From assembly GCA_002633005.1 (NCBI GenBank), contig NMRA01000191.1, forward strand, positions 111,641-175,640: a stretch of DNA of 64,000 bases. Reading direction: 5' to 3'. Position 1 is the first letter of the stretch. Each line of letters starts with the position of its first letter. Below, one piece after another: positions 53,241-64,000 of the stretch. This stretch comes from Phoronis australis (Eukaryota > Animalia > Phoronida). The notes beneath the pieces were generated by a model. That model saw only the letters and a list, made by a program, of their open reading frames with translations. It did no database searches and was not told where the DNA came from. Made by a program: the position numbers and the translations under genes.

Positions 53241-56200
53241 CATCATAAGTGGCGTTTACACTACAAAAGTTAACGTGGATCAGCTGACACGAAACAAGTT
53301 GTTCCAGCGCAAGTATGTATGTAAACAGGACTGAACTGGAGCAAACTGACACCACGGTGACAACTTTTACCACCTGTTTGTGACATAGGGCAATTTGCGC
53401 TAGAACATCTTGCTCCGTGTCAATTAAGAAACTGAGGCAAGGCAGAAAAGATCATCTCTACTGCGATTTCGTAACATTCCGTGACAAATCGGCAACTGCC
53501 GTTCATCCGTTTTAACTCATCAGATAATTCCGCATCGTCTTCGATTAACACGGGAGTTGCTCCGGACGGGCTTTTTGGGAAGATTTTTGTGCTTTGGCCA
53601 CGAATTTCTTGCGGACTGGGTGAAGCAGGACACCGAATGGTATTGGGAAAAATGGTTTGTTGACTTAAACCTCTGTTTACGTGTAACTTTATTGAGTTTT
53701 TAGTCGGGAGTGTCATACCTTGTAGTATTATATAGCGTATTGGGGACGATGATAAGCTGAGGACGCCTGTGGGAAGGAGATTTCGCATCAGAATCCATCA
53801 GACACTGACCAACCTTACACGCAGGCTTTCGGCTTTCGCACAACAAGGGTCCGGGCATCACACGTCAAAAGACTAACTTGACACGAACGTCTTCCAGTTG
53901 ATAGCGCACAGCATAGACAGTCAAAGCCAGACACTATAGCTAGCTAGCTGTAGAACTACAACTAGAACAATGGCCTTCAGTCCAGACACGATCTCCAGAG
54001 CAGAGGCTACAAGTACGACAGGGGAAGATTTCCAAGAAAAGTGAAATTGTTTACAATATAATGACAATGACTTGGACATATGGTTTTGGTACCTTTCGAT
54101 TCCTCGCAATGTTATCTTTCCAAATATACACAGAAATTTCTCCTACCCCGTTTCCTTAGTATTTTATCGTGAAAATTCTGCTAGCACTATTTCCTGGGCT
54201 ATCGAATTTCCCGATAAGAAACAGTATTGAGTGAACGTCATGAACACCGACTAAAACATCAAAGTCACGTTGTTATAAATACCTTTTGCGCATAGGAGGC
54301 CACCGTTGTATTTAATTCCTTCCAACTCGAACAAATACTCCCGTTATCGAACTTTTTCTTCGAGAAGTTCCCCGTTCAGTTTCCTAAATCGGGAACTCCG
54401 TTTTCACTGTGCGCTCGCCAGGGGATATGACCTAATTCTTTTAACCAGGCCGAAGGTCAAAAGTTGCGGTCCTACCAGCGAACTTTGAAAGGTGAACTCC
54501 CCGCCCACTGTGTACGTACTGCCGGGAATCAGCTGTTCATTTGAGTGACACGTCTTTTCACTGTGTGGCGACACGCGTTACATAAAAACTATCGAAGACG
54601 GATTTACGTGTCGGTACTACTCAAAACTCTGAATTATTAGGTTGGTTCAGACGATTAAATTAGTTTCGGCATATATTTAAGCGTTTCTTCATCATAACCT
54701 ATCCTCCTAGGACCACGCGTCAAGTTGCCAAAAACGAAGTAAATCTAACAAAATGAGATAATGATTCGACCGGTTATGGCAAGTAGACTTACTTCGGTCA
54801 CCAAGCAAACGGTAGGCTACACCACACATGAAGCCATGGTTAGCGTTAGGGTCCTCTGGATAGTACTAAGTAGAAAGTGGGATAATTAACACTACACAAG
54901 TTTGCATTTACCGACGTGTTCAGACGTAACACATTCACTGAGCAGGGAAAAATTAATTCATTTACCGTTGTCTCCCCCTCAACTATAAGGCATTAAGAAT
55001 TTATATATATTTTTTTTTTAGTTTTCGGACACTACAGATCCCAAAAAAACGAAATAGAATTAAAATTACTTCAACGACTAGAGTAGGCTTCGTAGCACAT
55101 CGGTGTCTGCCACAGTTTTGTCACACCCAATTCTAGTCGTTTGAGAGATCCTTTTACGTAATTCTTTTAACTATTATTGCACAGAGACAGTGTACTGTCC
55201 ACAGACTAGAAATGCGAGTAACGCCACTTTGGTCTCGTAAAAGGCCTCATCATAAGTACCGACACCGATACCTCGCTCACTAGTAGCTTTCAGTGTCTAT
55301 TGGAGGCATGGTTTGAATTGTACCATGGATTATGATATGTGTTCGTCAGTGAGTGTTTTGGAAAATGAAAAACGTTAATTTTCAAGATTAGGAACTATAC
55401 AAAAGAGCCATTGGTTTTACGTTAACCCTGTAGCTAGTAGTGGTTCTGTGTTTTCTGAGATGAACTTACAAGACTAACACCCAAGATTGAGCAATTAACT
55501 AATACATCGCGGGTACGCGATCATCGTATGCTGCGTCAGGGAGCGAATTTTTAGCAATCATAAGGTTTGGTCGTTTTCAACGTTAAGCGGAAATGACGAC
55601 CAACACATGTCAAAGTTAACAACATTGGTTTTGACTCGACGTAATTTTGAAATAACTGCTGACCTGGGAATTGTTTATTATTTCACAACTAAGATTTCTT
55701 TATAGAGCGATCTATCTCAAGAAGGGATATTTTTGTCGTGAAAGAGTGTGCGTCGATCCTTTCTCCCAGGTGCACAAAAATAGTGAGGTGTCCGCCGGTA
55801 TATACATTAGGCCTAATAGAAGTTTTCACCACGTTACTGTGCCTGCGCATAAACAGCTGTAGGCTGGTCGTCACTGGGTGGCGCAAAATCGTCAACTTGA
55901 AACACGGAAAGGTGTTGTGGTCTCCATGTAGAAACTAATTTGCCAAATTTCATGAAAATCCACCCAGGAACTTTAATTTACAGAGGAAACCAAAAAAACT
56001 AAAATTGCCACTAGGGGACACAGCAGCAGTCGGGATTGGTTCGAAATTTGTAGACATCTGTCGTCAGCTTCCTAGGAACACATCAGCCAAATCTAATCTA
56101 GATCTTGCAAGGGGGGTTTAGGAGATACAGCACCGGATGCTGCACACAGCCGACTTAAATGTGCGCCTAAATTTGGGCGCATATAAGTTACGAGGAATGG

Positions 56201-57955
56201 TCAGGAGCAACTGTTGAACACAAATTTGTCTGAGCAAATATTGTGAACAGTCTACGCAAACAGGTCGATTTCATGTCAAAAAGCGCAGGTATTATCTTTT
56301 TCTTCATCGGACATTGCAACTGCCATAGGCAACATTTTGCTTTGCAAAATTTATGCTAGGGTTCCGCGCAAGTTCGACCTGTACCCTTCGTTTCATCGCA
56401 AGCTCCGCTTCCTTGTGTAATGCCAACTAACAAACAGTAAGGTTTACTCAGCAACGGTTGTTTATTGGGTAAAATGGCGGCTTGGAAACGAATGTGTGTC
56501 AAGAATGTGGAGTTCTAAAAATGGTCAGTTAAGTCGTCACTCAAAGTCCTGGCGATTGGTCAATTGAATGATCTCGCCACTAGTTCATTCAAGTGCTCTC
56601 GCTTAAGCGCTAGCCCTCGGCTCGGTAAAGTTCATTAGAGCTCTCCTATGTGTCTGTGCTGTTCTTTACAGACAGGTTAGCTGTCTAACATATCTGTGCA
56701 GATCCATGGCTAGCAGTACCATGAGCAATTTAAATGTTAAAACAGAATCAACATGTGGAGATTGAAAATGTTTATTTTCAAAATGTCCAACCAGAGGTTA
56801 CAACACTCCTCTCAGATTAACTACTTTAACTGCACAAATCAAGTCGTCAAACTGGAACAAGTGAATTTGTGAGTAAATACCAAAATGCAACGCAACCCAA
56901 TACATGTAGGCGTCAACTGAACATATTCACAAAAATAGAATATATTTAAGTCAGGTAGTATATATAGGTATGTTTCTGTAAAAAACTGCATCACCCGTAA
57001 GCAAATGTGACATGGTAAAGTGTGCAAAGTGGATAACCCAAAAGGCTGCGAAATCCCCGATTGATTTTTTTAAACATTTTTCAGATTTTGCTATTTTTTT
57101 GTACATTTTCCTTTCCTATTTATCCTTTTTTTGAATAATTTCCTTTTTTCTATTTTTAAACAATATACGCAGGTGTATGCTTANNNNNNNNNNNNNNNNN
57201 NNNNNNNNNNNNNNNNNNNNNNNNNNNNNNNNNNNNNNNNNNNNNNNNNNNNNNNNNNNNNNNNNNNNNNNNNNNNNNNNNNNNNNNNNNNNNNNNNNNN
57301 NNNNNNNNNNNNNNNNNNNNNNNNNNNNNNNNNNNNNNNNNNNNNNNNNNNNNNNNNNNNNNNNNNNNNNNNNNNNNNNNNNNNNNNNNNNNNNNNNNNN
57401 NNNNNNNNNNNNNNNNNNNNNNNNNNNNNNNNNNNNNNNNNNNNNNNNNNNNNNNNNNNNNNNNNNNNNNNNNNNNNNNNNNTTTTTCATGTTATGCACA
57501 TGTCCTTTTCATATAAGATGTTTACCTTGAGAAAAAACAAATGATCAAAATTCCAATGTCATTAGCAACCTAATAAGTTGGAGGGGATGTTAGCCAACAT
57601 GGGTTTCACTATGACCTAACAAGTTTGGCCAGAGGTTCCCCCTATACCCGAGTTACTACATGGGTATTCTGGCCACATGGGCATTTAAATGATGTTGACC
57701 TTAAAAAATTGGGCAGGGTTCCCCTTTATCCCCGGGTTACGGCGGGGTTAAGCCGGCCAAGCGGGCATCTAGATGAGCAAGACATTTGCGTTCAAAAACG
57801 TTAAACATAACTTGTGGCAAGCAAAATAAAGCTAAATCGTGCAAAGTAGGTAATATAAAACTCATTAAGTAACGAACTGACATTTACTTTATACCTTGCT
57901 TTCTTTCAGCCACCGCCAAAATTCAAACACGTCCCAGTCTCTCAATAACTTCTTA

Positions 57956-58800
57956 CATTCGTGACATCTAGCGAGCTGACTAGCGACAATTAGCGAGCTG
58001 ACTAGGCATGACAAATATGTGACATATTTTAATTTAAAAGTAGATAACACACTCGTTCTTTCTGCCGTCGTCCGCGCCATATACTCCTTGAAAAGAAAAC
58101 CAGTCAATGTCAAATCTCAAACAATATTTGACACAACAAATTATGTGCCGAAAATTGGGTAAAGTTAGTAATGAATTGGGCGAGATTCATGTAATTTGAT
58201 AATAATGATTTTATACTTTGAGTTCAAATTGCATGTTTGAGACAGTTCAACTCAGTCCGGCTTAATTTATCCCCCAAGAAATTAATGCCGTCGAAGCGGC
58301 TCACACCACGTCGCCAGTGTACAAAGTTATTGAGAGACTTGCATGGTCACGTTTGTTGGCAAAATAGGCTGAGTCTTGCAGACGACAAGCGGCAGCACCT
58401 ACACGAAATCTCGCTACGAAGCAAGAAATCGGCCTTACCAAGATCACTGACGCCTCTTCACAGTTGAACATTTCGTTGTGATAAAAGAGTGATTTCAGGG
58501 GGACTGACGAATATGAAATGGAACATTCGCTTGCTATTTGTTAGGACTCGGAATCGAAGTAAGAATGTCATTTGTGGTGCGACTCCATTCGAGCTGACTG
58601 TGATTCGACACTTGAGTAGGACCTAAAATTAATTTTCATAGTCAAGTTGCAAAAGCATTCGCCAAGTTGGCAAGCGGACTTAGCTCTGCCATCGCCAGTG
58701 TTGCTAACAATTTGCCAATGACGAGCTGGCGAGCAGCTTGCACGAGCCATTAGACTAGCTCTTCCCCAAACAACACTTGAAAAGCTCCAGTTGTCACAAT
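57956..58800. mobile_element. Putative degenerate MITE
   Basis: Imperfect TIR cattcgtgacatctagcgagct / agctccagttgtcacaatg; internal gagctgact subrepeats. Confidence 0.4.
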
Positions 58801-59346
58801 GCTGCACTGGACAAATCTACCCTGATCGAAGGGTCCGCATTGACATCACATGTCTGTGTCAAGTTTCGTTGCCATCAGTCAATCGGTTTTTTGTAGATCT
58901 CATCCAGAATTAGCTCTTTCCCCAAGGAGCACAAAAACCCCTTGAGAACAAAAAAGCCACTAGGAGGTGCTACAGTAGTTGCAACCATACACAAATTTAA
59001 TGGTGATGGCGCACTGACATATAGCATGCCTCTGTGTCAAGTTTCATTAACATCCATCAATCGGTTCAAAAGATATGATCCAGAACACTTGTTCTAAGAA
59101 ATAGCCACCAAAGATGCTGCAGTGGTCAAATGTATCCTAAACTAGACAAAATGGTGCTTGCACAATGACATCGTATCAAGTGTGTCAGCCCGTCCTCTTG
59201 ATATCATCCAGAAACACCATAGCTCAGAAACACTCTTCATTGAAAAAGAACACTACAAAAGCCCGACCGTTGCCTAGAACAAAAGTCACCACTAAGAGGT
59301 GCTACAATGATCAAATCAGCTCGAAAATTGAACGATGCCAATGCAT

Positions 59347-59438
59347 AATAATAATAATAATAAACTTTATTTAAAGAAGATAAAAATACAATAAATGTAA
59401 AACATGCTTTAGCCAAAGGCTAATATCCAGCATGGTCA
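59347..59438 (-). mobile_element. 3' tail fragment of a CR1/L2-type LINE or a partner SINE
   Basis: Minus strand: stem-loop ttagcctttggctaa, AATAAA, then (TAT)n tail. Confidence 0.45.
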
Positions 59439-60224
59439 TTGACATCATATACCGGTATACCTCTACGTCAAGTTTCGTTGAAATTCTATTCATCCATCTA
59501 TTCAAACCCACTCACCCACCCACCCAACCACCCACCTACTCACCCTAACTCACCCACCCACTCATCTATATATATTCATATGTGCGTAAAAAGAACTAAC
59601 ATTACCAGCATCCCACTGATTTGTTAACATAACCTGCTACAGAGTGAAACGCAACTTCTATAAAAAGTGTAATAAAATTTTCGTACCTCCAACTGAACAC
59701 TGAAGAGCTCCATAGTTTGGTTTTCTCCCACCACTCTTTTGGGCTCATCAGTGAAGCCAGTCTCCTCTGCCACATTGTCGTAATCCTCCAGGTCAGCTCG
59801 CCCCTCACTCATTCTCTCAGGCTCACTTCACTTCTGTAAAATTCAAAGATCGTAGAACTGACATCATGCTGTTCTTATTTACATTATTGAGTGATCACAC
59901 CTACTACATAACCTTAAAGTGACACCATAATTAGAAACTATAGATGACAAAAATTTGGAGAATATTAAAAAATCTGGGACAGAGCATAAATCCAGGAGAA
60001 AACTTTGGAATCAAATTTGCATGATGGAAGGCAGAACAATGTTAAATTTTTATCTTGAAGAGATGGTCAACCACATGACCTCAATCAATATTGAATCTGA
60101 ACCAAATACTAAGTCCATTCATCTGAGATTTTTAGATTTTTAATGCTTTAGACCACAAATGCCTAACCTGTCAACTCCTAAGGCCTTTTCTTAAACAGTC
60201 ATTTCTTGTCCTTCACTCAGCATT

Positions 60225-60408
60225 CCCCATCTCACTCCCCATAACCCTGTCTCACTCTCCCCACTACCCCTGTCTCACTCTCCTCATACCCCTGTCTCAC
60301 TCTCCCCATAACCCTGTCTCACTCTCCCCACAACCCTGTCTCACTCTCCCCACAACCCTGTCTCACTCTCCCCATAATCCAGTCTCACTCTCCCCATACC
60401 CCTGTCAC
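60225..60408. repeat. ~22-bp pyrimidine-rich minisatellite (ccctgtctcactctccccataa), about 8 copies
   Basis: Directly visible. Confidence 0.9.
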
Positions 60409-61342
60409 ATGACACTCAACTTCCTGAGGCAATTTCTGTGCTAACAGGGGTTTTTTGGTCCCAACGCCTAAGTGAGTTTAAGTCAAATTGTAAACCCCTC
60501 CTAATCGATTCACAAATTAATGTGTGTAGCATGAGCCGTGCTTCTGAAGCTAATTTCTCTTAAAATGCTACAAAATTCAGAGACAGGCGGCTAATATTTA
60601 CTTTCAATTTTATAAACAGTCATGATGGTCGTTCAAATTGCCTCAATTAATGTTTGTTTTTTCACTTTGAAACTAGTACACTAAGCAGGAGAGTCGATTA
60701 TGACTACATTAATTACCTCTTCCAAGCTTTATATGAATAGCACTGAGCAAACTAGCTAACTTCAATTTGTGACAGCGCCATCAAGCCTTTGATGTGCCAA
60801 GGAATTTGATGGATACCGAGGTGAAAACTGCACACTTTCTCATCCAGTTAAGTGCAAATCCTGTTAGCGCAAGAGTTGCCTAATGTAAATTATCAAAACT
60901 GATAAAAAAGTTTTTAACTTAAAAAAACAACAGCGAGTCCATTTCTTAGAAACTTAAAGCCGCAACAAAGCCATATTCTGTCAAAGAAACTGACTTTTGA
61001 TTTTCACCTGTGACTGACTGCTAGAAATGGTGTCAACTTGAAAAGAGATTTTTGGTCTTCCAAAGAACTCGCATTTCATTACATTGCTTGAGACCACTCT
61101 AGGTGCATGAGGCTGCAACAATTCAACATGTAGAGCCACAATAAGCAATTGTCATGTCTTTCCATACCCATCAATCACATCTGTTTTGACTAATGAGCAT
61201 TCCAGACCAATTTCATCATGGCAAAACATCTAACTTGAAGACTTCTGTGACAGAAGACCAGTAATTTATAGTGGCATAACAAAAGGACCCTTCAAGTTCA
61301 GGACTTCTAGGTACAGTGGACTAACATTCTTTCTTGACCAAA

Positions 61343-62020
61343 CCCCTGCGAAATGTACCTCGGATAACCATGGTTAACCATGGTTGACCATGGCTGTACA
61401 ACCATGGTTGACCATGGTTTTAACATTTCGCGTTAAGTTGAAACCATGGTGGACTATGGTTGGCAACCATGGTTGACCATGCTTCACAACCATGGTTATC
61501 AACCATGGTTTTCAACCATGGATACTAACCATGGTTAACCGTGGCTAACAACCATGGTTGACCATGCTTCACAACCATGCTATGAGACAACTTAACGCGA
61601 AATGTTAAAACCATGGTTGACCATGGTTACTAACCATGGTTGACCATGGTTACCAACCATGGTATAGAACCATGGTTGACCATGGTTAATGACACAACTT
61701 AACGCGAAATGTTGAAACCATGGTTGACCATGGTTACCAACCATGGTGTAGAACCATGGTTGACCATGGTCAATGAGATAACTTAACGCGAAATGTTAAA
61801 ACCATGGTTGACCATGGTTACCAACCATGGTGTAGAATCATGGTTACCATGGTTGACAATGGTGGTTAAAAATCGTGGTTGACCATGGTTAAAAATCATG
61901 GCTGACCATGGTTACTAATCATGGGTTACCATGGTAACTAACAACGGTTAAGCGTGATCAACAATGGTTAGCAAGCATGGTCAAATATGGTTAGTAAGCA
62001 TGGTTAACCGTGGTCATAAA
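61343..62020. repeat. Palindromic AACCATGGTT/GACCATGGTT array, probably the subterminal repeat region of a DNA transposon
   Basis: Dozens of CCATGG-core units with a higher-order unit containing cttaacgcgaaatgtt; starts at a CCC-type end. Confidence 0.85.
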
Positions 62021-62569
62021 GTCATGCATGTGAACTGACAATTACTGGTATAGATTAAAGTCCACTATACAATGACATACACCACGTAAGCAAATTACCT
62101 GTTCAGTTTCAAGTGAAATGTCTCAAGCTCATCAAATTACATTTTAGCAAGGTCTAACTCACTAAAAGGTTCCAATTCCCAACTTAACTTAAAATATTGA
62201 AAACAAGTGTTTGCATTTTACATAATACTTCTATTTCTTCATTTAGAACTGGACAAAGACAATATTAACCACTTAGAATAGTGGACTCTTTGAATGTTAA
62301 AAATAGCACCTTAATGTTATAAAGCAAATCTTAACTTGAAAGAACTGCAAGATTTTGTAAAATATATGGCACCAACAACTTTCTGCTTTGACACTGAGCA
62401 TCAACATGAAGAACCAAAACTTACAACAATTGGTAAAACAATTCAAAATTAAAATTGACATTTCCCAAAATATTTCATCTGTGCAAAACGTGAAATATGT
62501 TTTGCCTAGCGTGTAAAGTACTTTATAAATACAACAAAGTGTTCCTATTCACATTTACAAAACTGTGAG

Positions 62570-63048
62570 TCCATCTTGACTTTGCTTGAAGGATATTCAT
62601 TTTTTAACAATTGTCCCACTTCCAAGTTATGGATTTTTTAACTTATACTTTTTGTACTGCTTGAGCCTTTGCAGTTATGTCGTCTAGGTCCAGGTGAAAA
62701 CCGTCTTTCATCTCAGAGCAAAAAAGTCCATACAATATGTCCACACATTTGGCTTTTGATAGTATGTGTTTTGAGGCACAGGGGGTGTAAAGAGCTGCAG
62801 CAGCAAAATATTGGCTGTCAGAAAAGCAGAATCGAAGTGTGACTCCAAATCCTTAAATACAGGCTATTCAAGGTCTAATCAGCACTTGGGGTCCACACTT
62901 TTTAGAATATAGACTTGTCACCCTCCATTGACTTTTGCCCACCACAGGAATTAGTAGTGTTGGTGGTGGTGGTTGGCTCTCAAGTACTTTCATTCGCCAT
63001 CTGAGTTTTTTCACTTCATCATTGGTGTTTTCAAAGTCTTCTGTTATA
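62570..63048 (-). pseudogene. Decayed coiled-coil + possible BEN-like ORF
   Basis: tttctttag acceptor; ITEDFENTNDEVKKLRWRMKVLES then FSDSQYFAAAALY...KHILSKAKCVDIL...VKKSITWKWDN, with stops and frameshifts. Confidence 0.3.
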
Positions 63049-64000
63049 CTAAAGAAAAATTGAGAAAAGTCCAGTTAGATGAAATCAAGTAAATGAATAG
63101 GATTTTTTTATTCATTTTTGATTCGAAAATACAGAAATTCTGTCTTAGTTAATCAGTCATAACTTACGAACAATTAACATTTTGATTAAGAGCATTAATA
63201 AGGATGATTGTGCTAAAATCCGCTGCATCTTATGAAATTCCAGAAAAAGGAAAACTTCCAAAAAGCTTTTTTCCCTGACGCAGAAAGCACGGATAAAAAT
63301 GCCAATTCAACGTAATTTTCTCATCACAGGATTTCACATACATCGATAACCATGGTTTTTTAATGCAACAGCAGTTTCCACTTGTTCTGGATACCAGAAA
63401 CAGAAAAAAAAATGTATGTGAGGCCACTTATTTAATTCTCTGTTAAAGCTCATAGGGGAAGTACTTACGGTCACTAATAGACTTTCTCAAGTCAATCTTC
63501 ACTACATACAGACTATAATCCTCACTGGAGTTGCACAGGGGCCAATATTTTCTCCACTTTCCTTCCTCATTCATGTCAGCCAATCTTGAGATCTGTGCTG
63601 GCTGATTACACTATACCATTTGTCCCACTGTGCTTTTAGCTCAAACTTCATGACTCTCTATAATTTATGTAGTGTGGCTCATGAAGAACAGAACCCAGGC
63701 AGCTGACCTCTGGGCTCTGGCCATGGCAAACCTCTATAATACACAATGCATCTCTTAGTCTTGTGTCTATTTCAATAATAAGTGACAGTTTAACCAAAAT
63801 AAAAAAATAGTTCGCTTTGAATTAGTCGGTGATGTTAGAATGATGACAAGATAATAAAAACAAATGATTAAAGCAAGTGAAATATGTTAGGTTAAAACAT
63901 GACAACTGACAATGTTTTGGAAGCTACCTGCATGGTTGTTTCTGGTCTGGACCTCAACCCATTTTGAAATCCGTGTCGTTTAACATGGCCATTCAGACCC

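Noticed and set aside
53420-53788. 122-aa minus-strand ORF
   Set aside because: No recognisable domain or splice context, and it runs into a MITE copy; cannot be supported as a gene.
57600-57770. Possible Helitron 3' end (GC-rich hairpin then CTAG)
   Set aside because: The hairpin is imperfect and CTAG is followed by A rather than T; the adjacent gap prevents checking.

Overview
AT-rich, intron-rich animal genomic DNA, probably from an invertebrate (organism not identifiable), with two assembly gaps of N. Three spliced loci can be rebuilt from GT-AG exons with consistent phases. (1) The 3' half of a kidney-type glutaminase with C-terminal ankyrin repeats (+ strand, 9 exons, 2155-9685). (2) A PARP/ART catalytic-domain gene with an intact H-Y-E triad (- strand, at least 6 exons, 33218-22720). 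(3) A truncated, intron-containing cytoplasmic poly(A)-binding protein paralog (- strand, 4 exons, 49603-40686). It has RRM3, RRM4 and the linker only, with a +1 frameshift at its 5' edge and no visible MLLE exon. The PABP fragment lies directly upstream of the PARP exons on the same strand and is splice-phase compatible with them, so a chimeric RRM-RRM-PARP gene is the top hypothesis, though unproven. The rest is Helentron/DINE-1-like elements, MITEs, a tRNA-SINE, minisatellites, a decayed SWIM+YqaJ nuclease gene and a palindromic AACCATGGTT array next to a decayed BEN-like ORF. All coordinates and translations were read by eye.
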